64,000 nucleotides of DNA from Amoebophrya sp. A120 (lineage: Eukaryota; Protista; Dinoflagellata). The notes below the pieces were generated by a model. The model ran no database searches, was not told where the DNA came from, and saw only the letters and a program-made list of their open reading frames with translations. Shown here piece by piece: positions 1 to 12,495 of the stretch (position 1 is the stretch's first letter; each line of letters starts with the position of its first letter). The stretch covers positions 1,395,341 through 1,459,340 of the forward strand of contig CAJINV010000007.1 in the NCBI GenBank assembly GCA_905178155.1, written 5' to 3'. The translations under genes and the position numbers were made by a program.

Positions 1-90
1 GGGCGGATCCCCTGGGGGAAGGCGGATCCCCGGGGAATGGGCGGATCCCCTGGGGGAAGGCGGATCCCCGGGGAGCGGGCGGATCCCCCA
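1..90. repeat. Short tandem repeat of about 19-21 nt, GGGCGGATCCCC(T)GGGG(G)AA, about 4.5 copies, truncated by the window start
   Basis: GGCGGATCCCC recurs at about 2, 21, 40, 59 and 78. Confidence 0.85.
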
Positions 91-1099
91 AAAAAACACA
101 CAAATCGAAATCGCGACGGTGTGCTTATTTTTTTCCCATCATTCGAAACACAAACAAACCACGCTGCCGTCGTGTTTCGCTGGTTTGGGTCTCACAGCGT
201 CAGGGTCTCAAAAAAAAATCTCAAGGAAATTCTACCGACGGCCTAAGGAGATTCTCCCTCAAGGAGATTCCCCCCCCATAAAATTTAGATTATGAGCTGA
301 CGTCGAGCTTCGTGCTCATATTAGCATAAAAAGAAATAGTAGACAAGACGAGCGCTGGCGCCCGTGCAAGATGAAGGGATGAGCGTGGGCCAAATTACGT
401 GCGCGCCGACCGTTTCCACCAAGAGCCCCCGGCCCGCCTGTGCACCGGGGGCGGAAGACTTTTTGGCCCTGCCCTTCGCCCGCCTGCCCCGCCCGTTTGG
501 CGCCAGCCTTGCTGCAGCATTAGCCCAGGCTGCGCTCCGTCCTTACATACAAAACGCGCGCAGCAGCTCTCCTCTTGATTGGCTCCCGGCGGCGCGGTGC
601 TGGCGGCATTTCTTTTGTTCGGTGTTTGCGTCTTTGAAACTGAACAGAAGGCGACAGCTTCTACTTTTGCGCGCGACCCAGTCGCCAATGCTTAGCACAA
701 AAGCAAAAAAATTTTCGCGTTGCGCGCGTGCCCCTGCCTGTGGGTCCCTTTGTAGCCGGTTCGGTTGTGCGGTTTGCATGGCCGACAGCAAGAGCCGGCA
801 TTTTCTATTCGCGTGCACTCCCGGGCCTTGCAGAGCAAAGACCTTGCTCCGCACACGAGCAGCGCGCGCTGCGTCCTCTCTTTCTTTGCGCCGACGGCGC
901 TGCGCTTCAAGTTCCTGCACCGTCGCAACGGCTTTTTTATTTCGCGCGCGCGCCGCGCCCGCTCTGCCCGTCGTTGCTTCGCACCGACGGCCCTGCGCCT
1001 TCGTTCGCGGACCTTCAAAATTGCCTCCGCCCGCGCGCAGCACGTGCTCCGCTCCTCGTTGTTTCGCGCCGACGGCTTTGCGCTTTTTTTCACGTGCGC

Positions 1100-2340
1100 A
1101 CGGCAAAAATTTTAGTCGCGCGCGTGCCGCGCGCGTTCCACACTTCGCTGCGCCGCGCCGAGGCCCTTGCGCTTTCATTCTTTCATGGGCGGCCGGCCGA
1201 CAAAAAAAAACTTCTCTCGGGCGCGCTGCGCGCGCTCCACGCTTCGCTGCTTCGCGCCAGCGCCCTTGCAGTTTGTTTCCTGCGTTGGTGCCACACAAAA
1301 TTTTTTTGCATGCGCGCCACACCTTCACCCCTGCACGCACTTTCTTGCATGGGAGCCCGACAAAATTTTTTTTCGCGCGCGCGGTGCGTGTGCCCCATCC
1401 CTTGTCGCTTCGCGCCAGCGCCCTTGCAGTTTTATTCTCACGCGGGTGGTCAGAAAAAAATCGCGCGCGCTGCGCGCGCGCCATTTTTCGTTGCGCCGCG
1501 CCATTGACCTTGTACTTTCTTGCGCGGGCGGCGGACAAAAAAACTTTTCGGGCGAGCGCTGCGCGCGCTGCATCCTTCGATTCGTCGCGCCAGCGCTCGC
1601 GCAGTTTCTATCTTGCACGGACACCCGACAAAAATTTTTCTCGCGCACGCGCTGCGCGCGCTTCATCCGTCACTGTTTCGCGCCAAAGGTCCGGCGGCTT
1701 CTATTTTGCGCGGGCGGCCAAAAAAATTTTTGTTTGCAGCGCGCGCTGCGCGCGCCCCTTCCTTCGTTGCTTCGCACCAATGCCCTGGCGGTTTCTATTT
1801 TGGACGGCCGGGCGACCATAAAATTTTTTTTTCCCGCGCGCGCTGCGCGCGCGCCATCCTTTGTTGCTTCGCGCCAACGCCCTGGCGGTTTCTACCTTGC
1901 ACGGCTGGCCGGCAAAAATTTTCTCTCGCGCGCGCGCTGCGCGCGCTCCAACCTGCACTGCCTCGCGCCAACGCCCTCGCCGTTTGGTTTCTTGCGCGGG
2001 CGGGGCGGTTGACTGACAAAAAGTTGGCTCGCGCGCGGCGCGCACTGCTCCATCCTTCGCTGCTTCGCGCCGGCACCCCTGCAGTTTCTCTTTCTATCTC
2101 GCACGGGCGACCGACAAATATTTCTTTGGCGCGCGCCTGCGCGCGCGCCGTCCTCGGCTTCACTGTTTTGACCTGGCGCCCTTCTAGTTTCTTGCACGGG
2201 TGGCCGACACAATTTTTTTCGCGCGCCTGCCGCGGGCGTGCCCTTCTTCTTCGTTGCCCTGCGCCGAAGGCCATGCACAGTACGCGTCCGTTCGCTCGCG
2301 GCTGGCCGGCGAAAGTCTCTTTCACGGGCGCGCGTTTTGG
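1100..2340. repeat. Degenerate GC-rich minisatellite, about 90-100 bp unit, about 13 copies
   Basis: Units of CAAAAA-TTTTT, then (CG)n CTGCGCGCGC, then CCTTCGTTGCTTCGCGCC, then TTGCACGGGCGGCCGA start near 1104, 1201, 1361, 1451, 1536, 1629, 1719, 1817, 1912, 2016, 2115 and 2209. Confidence 0.8.
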
Positions 2341-3185
2341 TTTCTTGGATGTGGGCATTTGGCGTGTTGTAATCGGGCTACCCCGGGTCGTGGTTCCATC
2401 CACGGGTTTGTTGCCGAGTCACTATCCCGGTGGGGTGCCGGGAGCCGGCGCAAGTTGCAGGGCCTGCTTTCCCGGTCGTTAGGAAGGGCCCGCCTTGGCG
2501 GGGTGCCCTTCCTTGAAATCGCGCCAGATGAAGAGCCCGGGGCCCGCTGCCCTTGCAGTCTCGCTGAAGTTGCTGAGGGGTGGCCTCCCTGTCAAATTGC
2601 CCGCAAGCACGCAGCGCCGGAGCGGCTTCCGGGCGCCTGGCCCTTGGGTTGGGGTTGAGCTTTTATTGTGCGACTTGCCTGGCGCGATTTGTGTTTCGTT
2701 TGACGTCGATTCTAGATGGTCGTGGGGGTGGTTTGCCTTTGAGGTCGCTTCGGAGCGGGTGTGGGGTGATCTGCCTCTGTCTGATGCGCTGTCTGTGGTG
2801 CGAACGGCTGAGAGGCGAGTTGCCGGCAAAGCGGTCGAGGGACGACTTGCTTTTCGTTGCGACCCAGCACCGGCCACATCGCGCAAAATGGCCGTGAAAT
2901 TGCGGCCGTTCTTCGGGCTTTATAGGGCAGTGCACTTGATCTTGATGTGAGATTGCATGGGGCAAACTGCCCTCGAGCGCGGCGCCATAGTCGGCAGGGC
3001 GCCCGGGAAAGGCTTCGTAGGGCCTTGCGCCCTTGAGCTTGCGTCTGCGTCGGGCCGCATAGGGCAGTGCGCCCGCACTTGAAGGTGCGCCTTGGGCCGC
3101 AGAGGGCGCCTCGCCCCGGGCATTGCACTGCGCCCGGGCGTCCAAGGGCGATAAGTTCTGCTTTTGTGGTTTTCTGGCAGGCTAT

Positions 3186-3464
3186 GAGAATCTCCTTGGC
3201 AAGGAGATTCTCCCACGTTCGGGGAGAATCTCCTTGTCAAGGAGATTCTCCATGGAAGAAGGAGACCGTGACGGCAGGAGGGAATGAAGGAAATAGAAGG
3301 AAAATGAAGGAAAAAGAAGCACATGAAGGAAAAAGAAGCACATGAAGGAAAAAAAAAGAAAGAAGAAAAAAGAAAAAAGAGAAGAAAAAGGAAGAGGAGG
3401 GGGAGGAGGGGAGGAGATTCTCCTGGGGGTCCAGGAGAATCTCCTTGGGCCAAGGAGATTCTCC
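3186..3464. repeat. Cluster of palindromes GGAGAATCTCCTTG-N(1-3)-CAAGGAGATTCTCC around a purine-rich tract
   Basis: Palindromes at 3186-3212, 3223-3251 and 3434-3464. Half-sites (AAGGAGATTC) also occur at about 246-270 and 3412. An ATGAAGGAAAAAGAAGCAC duplication lies at about 3304-3350. Confidence 0.85.
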
Positions 3465-4041
3465 GAGATTTTCCTTGAAGTCGCCCATCTGAAAATTTTG
3501 GACGAATAAGAAATTCTAAAAATCTGAACAAGAATCTGTTTGCCAGATGAACAATTGTGAACTCGAATCTGACCACGTCTGTTTGATGTCTACTGAAGAA
3601 AGTCGCTTCGGTTTGAGTTGAGCTTGCGATACGGATCTCGTCGTTTCTGTGCTTCGGGGTAAAAAACTAGCTACTTGGAGAGCTTGACCTGGCATTCGTG
3701 ACGTTTCGGTTTGGTGAGAGGACAGAATCTGTGAGTTAGAGCGTATGTTGGTTTATTTGCTGGGGTTCTTGGAACTTCTTCTACTGACGTGTCGTCCATT
3801 TCTTTGCACATGCACGCGTACGATGCTTTCTTTCGAAAAAACTACAGCTAATTCAACATCTCAGCACCTCGCATCATCGAAGAACACCAAGATTAAAGAA
3901 TAGCAAAATCACAACCAAATAGTTCTAAAGCACGACCGTAGTTGGAGCAGAACCACTGGAAGAAACAGCTCTACCCCTACTTCACGACGTTCACCTCCTT
4001 TTATTGCAGCAAAAAATCCTTGCCAAAATAAAAGGAACATC

Positions 4042-6172
4042 ATGCCGCGCGCTTCTCTCGGGTGCACCCTGGAGAACCGGGAGAGCCACTATGCGGAGTA
4101 TCAAATGTAAAAATGTCTGGGTCTGGAAGATTTTTAGATTTGTCATGCATATTTTCCATGACCCATGATGTCTGTGATGCATACTGTAGCATCACAGATT
4201 TTTAGAGCGATTTGTGATACCTCTACCGCATGAGAAATGCCCTCTACGCGTAGCACGAACTGGAGTCCTCCTGCTGGTCATGCAATACAATTTTTTTCAG
4301 ATGAATCCAGAGACAGCATTACAAGTTTAGAATTTTCCAGACCCAGACACTTTTGCATTTGATACGGAGCCCACGGACCCCATGTGGAACCGGGACGTGC
4401 GCGGGAGCGAGCCCGGCCCGGGGACCTACGATCCCTACCCGCTGCTGAACCCGGCAACACACAGCATGAGATCCGCCAACTATTTCCCGGACCGCGCACT
4501 CCAGTACCCCGGTGGGTCCCTGTACGCGCAGCAACCGATGTGGCTCTCATTGCCGCAAAAGGAGAGAAATCGCTTCTGGATGCAGCACCGAGACCAGCTG
4601 GACGCGCGTAAGTTGAAGAAGCTGGAAAAAGTTTTCGTCGACTGGCGCGACAAGACGTCCGCGCCGTCCAGCTCCCAACAACCCGGCGGGCCGACGTCGC
4701 CAACCGCACGCCATTTCACCTACCAGGCGAACCAGATTTCCACGGAAGTGTTGTCCAACAAGATGCCCGGCGTCGGGAAGCCAATATCCGAGTGCAAAAC
4801 AACTAGTCCTCGGCCTCCTCGTCCCTCTCATTTGTACTTTTACTTCTATGTGCAATGAATAGAGCCCAACCCCAAGAATCCAGCACCAACAGTGAACGCC
4901 CTTTGATGTTGGCATAGTCTGCATGAAAAATTCATTCGGAGGTTGTACTAGCGGCCTACTAGGAACTTTTGTCATGCACACCAGGGTCCTCGTCGTTCAT
5001 GTGGTCTCCTGGTGTTCTTTCTATTGATGTGTAAGTATAGTAAGTATGCCTGCCTTTCAAAAAATGAAGGGGACGACGAGCAGCGGGACGACGAGTTGTG
5101 CACTCTGATAGCCGAGTCAAGTGGAACAAATGTCCAGGACGGTCCCGGCGCGATTTTTCGACTCGGGCATGGGGCCGACAAACTCGAGCTCCTCCTCGAA
5201 GAAGGATATCACACAGAAAAAAACTGGCAGGTCATATTTGGAATGCAAAAATAAATAGACACAAAAAATTTGTATTGCGTAGCCTAAATAGCATGCTATG
5301 AGGCCGCCCATGACAGATCTCCCTTTGTATTTATTTTTGCATTACAAATATGCCCTGCCAGCTTTTTGCTGTGGGATAAAGGACACGAAAAATTTAACCG
5401 GATTGCGCAAGGACGGGGAGTTTGTGCTGACAAAAACCGCCAAGGAGCTGGTGTACACGAACCGTGACTTGCCGATGTCTTCGTTTGCCCGCGTGCCCAA
5501 CAACGTGGGAAACAAACCCTTGCTGAAACGGGTGATCTCCGAACCCTGTTACGAGCAGTACGACACGGCGACCAGCACCTTCTCCTTCGGGGAAAGAAGA
5601 TCACTGCAGCGGAAGTTCAGGTAGATGAAACAGATAAGGAATTGTGGGTGTTTCTTGTGACCTGCAATTTTTTTTGCTTTGCTGGGATCGATACCTGTAA
5701 TGCAACATCATGTCAACTACATGAATCATTGTCATTGTATGATTCTGCTTCTGTACTAGTTCTAGTTGCAATTTCATCTAATTTTGATTCACCTTGGTGG
5801 AGCCATCGAATGAATATTGTGTCAAAGGAAATAAACCCTATCAGGCTCACTCGTGGTCTTTCGAAGATTCAGCGCAAAGTCCTGGAATCCAGGAAATCTG
5901 TCGCGTCGATCGCGAGTCTGGCCCGCGACACGACGAAAAAGCAGAAGCAGGGGAGGACGGAAGAGCCAAGTTGGTACATCCCGCCACTGCCGAAGGAAGA
6001 AGGTCTGGGCGAAATTTTAGCGAACAAATCGCTGAAGAATTACAAGGTGACCGCGCGGGCGCGCGACATCGAGCCGAACGAGCCAAATCAGCAAGACTGC
6101 ATCCCAACGAGGTGGACTGGAATTGGCACGCGGGATTACGACTTGTACAATTTGCTAAACATGACATTGTAG
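4042..6172 (+). CDS. Hypothetical protein of about 375 aa with a PGPGTYDP (SHIPPO/STPG-like) motif. Exons 4042-4098, 4370-4784, 5116-5206, 5384-5620, 5845-6172
   Basis: Removing three inverted-repeat inserts (each with one direct repeat) and one GT-AG intron (5621-5844) gives an uninterrupted 1128-nt frame, MPRASLG...YNLLNMTL. Confidence 0.7.
4099..4364. mobile_element. Introner-like inverted-repeat intron, family A (266 bp, direct repeat CGGAG)
   Basis: Ends TATCAAATGTAAAAATGTCTGGGTCTGGAA and TTCCAGACCCAGACACTTTTGCATTTGATA. CGGAG lies at 4094-4098 and 4365-4369. Removal joins HYAE to PTDPMW in frame. Confidence 0.9.
4785..5110. mobile_element. Introner-like inverted-repeat intron, family D (326 bp, direct repeat GCCAA/GCCGA)
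   Basis: Ends TATCCGAGTGCAAAACAACTAGT and ACGAGTTGTGCACTCTGATA. Removal gives GKPSQVEQM in frame. Confidence 0.75.
5207..5378. mobile_element. Introner-like inverted-repeat intron, family C (172 bp, direct repeat AAGGA)
   Basis: About 50-bp near-perfect inverted repeats, TATCACACAGAAAAAAACTGGCAGGTCATATTTGGAATGCAAAAATAAATA and its complement. Removal gives SSKKDTKN in frame. Confidence 0.9.
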
Positions 6173-7356
6173 GGGTTTGCTTTGATGTGCTTATTTGTGC
6201 GTCACAGAGCAGTTTGATACTCCTGCATCTGTCAACCGACGAAATAATAAAGTCGATCACGGTCAAAAAAATTAGAGGAGAAAAGTCAAGACCTTTGTTG
6301 CTTCCCATCGGGATGAATGGGGCAATGAGGTAGCTTGTACTACTATTTGCCACTTGCACTTGCAAAATCTTCTACAAACGAAAGACGCTTGTTTATTACG
6401 CTTAACAGTTTCGAATTGCAAAAAAAAAATGTACTACTACCGATCAAATATTACAATTGTCTCAACATCAACCGACTTGAAGTGTCACATTTGTTCATAT
6501 TGGAAAATTACAGAACCTGTCCAATCTGTAGTTCTATATCGCGGTGCTCCTAATTGCAGCAGAATCTAGATCTACACATAAAAGAACTTCGATGTTTATT
6601 CCTACAGTACTTCTTTATCACGAACTTCAACTTGTATCCTACGACCATTGTGAATACGAAAAGGACATGACTTTGATTGTCCGACCAAATAAAAAGCAAT
6701 GTACTGGAGACGGAGTCCACGTCCTCCCCGGGGCGCAAGAAAATTGTGAAAATTGCTGCGTGCTGCAGCTTTTCATCATCTGCGTTAGCGTTCGCGGAAA
6801 CATTACTTGTTAGGCGCGATGTTTGCTAGTACTTGGCTCCTACACAACCAAAGCTAACAAGATCTGCTGCTTGGTCTTGAACCGGAGGAAAGATGCTCAA
6901 TAAATGAACGAGAAAACAACTTCAGAGAGATGATCAACGTACTTCTTCATCAAGGTCCAGGTCTGCTCCTGCAATCGAACTGTCGTGCGCAGGAACAAGG
7001 TCCGCACGCCGTTTCAGCTCCCGCCCGAAAACATCTGCAAGCTTTAGTGTCGCGGCTCGTTTGATTATATTCTGAACATCAACAGTCAGAATGGCGGGTT
7101 TGGCTCGGGGACAAGTACGTAACTGTTGAATACCTCTAACGAAAAATAAGTACTTCTAATGTCTACTTACTTGCAGACATTCGGGTTCGGCTCGTTCTCC
7201 TGCGATCATTAGAAGGAAAATTCTTATGGTCGTGCGATTGCGATTTTTTATCCTTTTTTATTGCGTTGGCTTGTCATTCCTTTAGTACCATCTCCCGCAG
7301 AGGACTCTGACCCATTCGCGACCGACTTATCGTCCTTTCCCAGACGCCTTGTCAAA

Positions 7357-8402
7357 ATGAACTTCGTGAAACGCGAAACCCTGACCACGGAAATCACCGA
7401 CACCGGTGTGGTGGAAAAAACGAAACGACTAGAATTGACGGAGAATGACCAGGTGCGGGATAGGATCGCGGCACTTCCAGAATTCAGCCGCAATCGGATA
7501 ACCCAGGCAGAAACGGAAGCGCCAAAAGAACAGCAAGCAGGTACAGAATTATTTTGACGTAAATTTGAATTTCACAGTATGTTGAAACAAAATAATTTGT
7601 TCGTTGCACGAAGCAAACGCTGCTGTGACAAATTTCATGACTCCAAATTCCAAATCCAACAGATGAGTTCGCCGAGCGCCATCGCTTTCTGCGGCAGGAG
7701 GAGGAGAGGATACACAGCGAGTCCCAGGCGCATCTGAAAGACATGCGGGAGAAGCAGGAGCAGTTCCACAATCAGGTCTTCGCCCGACAGCAGAAGGACG
7801 CGTCAGACTTCGAGCAGGGGCGAAAGAAGCTTCTCAACGCGGACAAATCCAGCGTCATCACTGCGAAAATCGGAGATACGGCCGCCAACGCGAATAGCAA
7901 TAAAGGGACAGCAACTACAGGGCCTACTGCTACAAGTTCGAGCAGCACAGGAGGGGGCGGAACATCAAATAATAACCCGAATAACCCGCGGCCGGGAGAT
8001 GCGATTTCGAAACGGATCATAGAAACGGAATCGAAGTTTTTCGACGACAATATGGTGAATAAGTTCGTCGGGAGGACAAAAGCAAGAGCGGAGTTCAATG
8101 TGAGGAAAGACATTGTTGGGAGTGGCGGAACCGTCACAAAAGTGAAGAAAATCGGGAACATGGTGATAAATTCGACAAAGGGATTTCCTGACAAGAACCC
8201 GATAGAATACAACCGGGAAAGGAGCCCGAAACGAGCGACAGTGGCTTTGGGGCCGCCAGCGGTTTCGAAAGTTCTGACAACGACGAGCAGTACTACAAAG
8301 GCTGTACAGAATGCTGCGACATCAACAAACAGTGCCGGCGCGACAAAGAGTAAGCCTGTTGTCAGTGTCGTAGCAGGATATAGCGACTCGGAGTCGGATT
8401 GA
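7357..8402 (+). CDS. Possible FAM192A/NIP30 (PSME3IP1)-like nuclear protein. Exons 7357-7540, 7663-8402
   Basis: GT-AG intron 7541-7662 joins the frames. The N-terminal FV...QQADEFAERHRF charged helical region and acidic YSDSESD C-terminus resemble this family from memory only. Confidence 0.5.
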
Positions 8403-8888
8403 TAGATACCCCTCAAAAAGTTTTCGACGACTCCAGCACAGAAAGATAAAAAACAAAAAAAGCGTGCAAGCGGTCCTTAACGGCGCTGCCTTCTTTGCAC
8501 TGCACGGAAGGACATGATCCTGCATTCGTGTTCGGAACCTGCGATCGTTGGTAGCTTTATCGAGTCCAGAATGCGTCGCTCGTTTGTCGGTGACTTTTAA
8601 GTAGCAGTGGCACCAAAAGTCAACATCTTCGGTAAACAGCTCGGTACTCAGTCGGTGGTATGCTTGCCAAGAAGCTCTCTGCCGTAGAAGCGAAAGAAGC
8701 GCTTTTAGCCCCCCCAGAAGTATCGAGCTCAAAAATCTGTCGTGTCACTTTCACATTTCAGAGCCAGCCGCCTGACCGATACGGCTTGTGCGCCTGATAA
8801 TTTGGGTGCAAAAACATGCTGACCCTCTTGTAAGTAGAGATCGATGTAAAGTCGATCCCAACTACATTCTTCATTTCCTCCGCACAAA

Positions 8889-11800
8889 ATGTCCTTTGCG
8901 ACCATCTTTTTTGACTTTTCCGGACCGGAGGAAGGGGAGGAGATTCACCGAATCGAGTGGGAGGATGCGTGGGCACCACAAGACGAAAGTGATGCACATT
9001 CAGAATTGCACACCATACAACTTCCGTCCATGAGCATAATACAGCATCAAGTAGACAACAACCGCGCAAGCAGGACGACCAAGAACATGTTGACTTCGGC
9101 ACAGCCACAGGTGGACGTCGTCGCTGCTCCCGAAGTAGTAGTAGATCCTCGTCGCTCTCTAGCAGCCACGACGACCCAAACCGCCCCGATCACCCCGATT
9201 CCCGTCAATTGTCCGGACAACACGTGGACAAAATTTACCTACAACTTGGTCCAGGACGACACGCACCACACCGGCGCTTCTAGCAACTTCGACGTGCAGA
9301 AGGTCGTGGCGGAATCTTGCTACAAGGTGATCCAAACGCAAAACGCGTGGACCAGTCAGATGGGGGCTGGGGTGCAGGGCTGTTTGTTATTGAGAGGAAA
9401 ATCCCCCTTTCCCCATATCGAAGCGGTACATTTCCGAAAATTTGTGTTGCTGATTTGAGACCACAAATCACGGCTTTCTTGCTAGAAGACAAGTGCAGAG
9501 GCCTCCGCGCCATTGTGGAAGCGATTTGGCATGCTGTTGAGCCTAGGGGACTGCCGTTTGTATATGCGAAACAACTAGACCCTAACGCCCCTACCTAGGC
9601 TGAGGATCTGGCTGCGATGCCTCACTGCAAGACAGCGCGCATCTGTGTGCGGAGGTCTAGCACCAGAAACTTCGTCTCGATATGGAGAGGGGAGATTTTT
9701 CCTTACGATGTTTGTACTGCGAGAAACTGTGTGAGGATGAAGGCGGGACGTTAGTCACCATCACGGAGGAAAACCTAGAATTCGTCGCGAAACTTACGGT
9801 ATGGATTGCAAAAGTGTCTGGGTCTGGAAGAGTGCGCGACTTGTCATGCTGCTTTTCCATGACCCATGAGGTCCGGAATGCAAGACCTAGCATGACAGAT
9901 TCTGTGCGATCTCTCTCATGCCAATCCTGCATGAGAAACTCCCTCCCGACTTGGTCAAAACTGGATCTTTTGGTAATCATGCAACAGAGATTTTTGCATG
10001 CTTCAGATTTAGCATGACAAGTTGCATTGTTCTTCCAGACCCAGACATTTTTGCAATCCATATACGGACGACGCGGTGAAGCCTCTGAAGGGGTATAGCG
10101 CAGCAGCCTGCGTCGGCTTGTACCGGGGCTGGTCCTCGTTCAAGCGCGATTGGTTCTGGATCCGGGAGGAACTGACGTATCAGCAGGTGGTCGGCGGGGG
10201 AACAACAACGACTGTCGGTTCTCCAGTTTACAACCTGACGGGCACGGGGTTGCGAGAAAAGGCCAAATGGGTCGACTGGCAGGTGGGGAACCCGCGGGAG
10301 GGAGCCGGGATTCCGCAGGACTGCGGGTTTATGTACTCCGGCCGGATGAAGCGGCCGGGGCGGTTGTACAACGTGCCGTGCAAGCCGTACAAATCGTTTG
10401 GGGAACGGGAGTGTATCTGTCAATCCCCCGGGAGGCCGCACTTGAAGTGGGCACATGACAAGGCGAGACTGGAGGCGACAATGGACATGAGCGACGGAAT
10501 GGACAAATTTTTCTACGACACCGCCACATTCTACTTACCGCTTCCGTTTTGCGGCCTGTTTGGTTTGATGCTTCTACGCGCGCTGTTTGGCTGGTTGTGC
10601 GCCAGCCGGCGGGGAACTACCACGATAGCGGGAGGAGGTTCCGCCGCGAGTACTAAGCAGAAACAGGCTGGAGCGTCTGTTGGTGTTGACCATGCGGGCG
10701 AAAGTCAAAAGGAATCTGGAACAGCGGAAAAAGCAACGCCGGCGAACATCCAAGCGTCCTCTTCGCACGAGCAAGAGCAAGCCTCTGGCTCGCATTACGA
10801 GGCCGTTCAGATTCTGCCGGGGCTACGATTTTTTGCGATCTGGCCGCTGTGTCTCACGGTGCGAAGTATTTGTCATGACAATTATGGCACTGCGAGAAAC
10901 GTCTACAGCAGTACGACGCCAGGGACGAACGCCGGAGTAGACCTGAGCGGCCCCGGAGTCGCGATCGGCGCACCAGACTCCTACAATTACGACGATGCGC
11001 ACCCTCTGACAATAAACACCGCAGAACATCAGCTCTCCGCTTCCCCCGACTCCGGCTGTTGCAACTACGGGAGAACCTGTTTAATTTTCCCTGCTTGGCT
11101 CTGTTCTTCCTACTGTCTCACCGATTTCTCCGTGCGTTTTGTCTGGCGGCTCCTCGTGGCTGTTTACTTCGCACTCCGGGCGTTTTTGTTGGCGGAGGAG
11201 GGTTTCATCGTGCTTGGTGCTTACTATGTGGGCATGGGAGTCGTCAGTCTGGTTGCGCACTACACCTTAGGCCGCGTGCTGGTGGACTCGCCGGATCGGG
11301 TTAGGAAAATTTTGGCTTGCTACTCTACTACTGCTTCGAGCGGTTCAGCTGAACAAGCCCCGTTTATTGGGACTGTGCAGCGCCATCTCCTCCAATCTTG
11401 GCCGGAGCGACTCCGGCAGGCGCAGAGGAGAATGGTGACTCGCAGACTGCTCCCCGTGTTATTGGTCCGCGCAGTGTACTTCTTCATCCAAGAACGGTTT
11501 CGTGGCGGAATCCAGACCTCGGTGTTTTTCTTCGGCGCGCTGCAGCCGTTGTTTTGGCTTCTCGCCGTGCTGTCTCTGACTTCCGACGCGCTTTGCGAGC
11601 AGTTGGAGAGGTTTGTGCTGAAGAGGATCGAGGGGTGCATTCTGGCGAACAACAGCCAATTTAACAGTACAACCGGCGGGACCACCACGTGGACGACGAG
11701 CAAAGAGAGCAAGACGAGCGGGGTGAAGAAAGAAGAATTACAGGCACTTTCAACAACAACAGCATCTTCTGCAGCAAACGACAGTTTTTTGTCGCGTTCA

Positions 11801-12495
11801 TCCTCGCCTCCCCTGCTGCAGGTCTTCGCCGACCACTTCAAAAGACACGGGAAGATGATGGAAGCGACCCGGAAAGTGTTCGGCACCTCCATCGCGGTGT
11901 GCTTCGGGACTCTCACCGTGGGGCTGTTGTGCAACCTCCTCTTCGCGTTGACCGGGTCTCCCTTCTGGATGGCGCAGCTGGTGATTTGGTTTGTGCTCTT
12001 TTTCGTGTTCATGCGGCTCTTGTCGCGACTAGGCGACGCGTACAACACCGCCTTGCAGAAAATTCGGGAGTTACTGCTGTTTGTAACCGCAACGACGACG
12101 ACCGGAAGTACTTATTCCGGTTTTACAACAACCGCTGCAGGTGCACTAGCTTCTTCGAACAACGCAGGCACGACTGCTACCGTGCCAGTCGACTTTTCAC
12201 CCGCTGCTCCTGGTGGAGCGGGAGGAGTTTCCGGCGGCGGTCAACATTTTGTGGGCCCCCAGCAACAGCTTCAGCATTACGCCAATATCGTCCCCCCGAC
12301 AGTCGGCGGGACGATGCGGGCGAATCTGGAACTGATCGTGAAAACCATGGAAGACCGATTGGTGATGAAGCAGCACACGTGGGTGCTGTTGGGCTCCCCG
12401 ATTACTGCGGACGTTTGAAGCAGACTACTGCGTTCTTAGTAGCGAGCTGCTTACTCACCTTCGCACCGATGTTTCTACAGAATACGCAAGGATAG
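8889..12495 (+). CDS. C-type lectin domain plus about 8-TM membrane protein (about 977-1000 aa). Exons 8889-9387, 9716-9799, 10068-12418, or to 12495 if a 1-nt frameshift is corrected
   Basis: After removing two inserts the sequence reads CPDNTW...SCY...CEKLCEDEGGTLVTI...VGLY...WFW...WQVGNP...QDCGFM...NVPC...CICQ, the C-type lectin pattern. Many hydrophobic helices follow. Confidence 0.8.
9388..9710. mobile_element. Introner-like inverted-repeat intron, family B (323 bp, direct repeat TTTGT)
   Basis: Ends TATTGAGAGGAAAATCCCCCTTTCCCCATATCGA and TCGATATGGAGAGGGGAGATTTTTCCTTACGATG. Removal gives QGCLYCEKLC in frame. Confidence 0.85.
9800..10062. mobile_element. Introner-like inverted-repeat intron, family A (263 bp, direct repeat TACGG)
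   Basis: Ends TATGGATTGCAAAAGTGTCTGGGTCTGGAAGA and TCTTCCAGACCCAGACATTTTTGCAATCCATA. Removal gives AKLTDDAVK in frame. Confidence 0.92.

Noticed and set aside
364-3145. Many long ORFs on both strands (up to 485 aa)
   Set aside because: They are Arg/Ala/Phe-rich translations of a stop-poor GC repeat, open in several frames at once, with no domain motifs.
3186-3464. CRISPR-like palindromic repeats
   Set aside because: Spacing is irregular, there are no uniform unique spacers or cas genes, and the context is eukaryotic.
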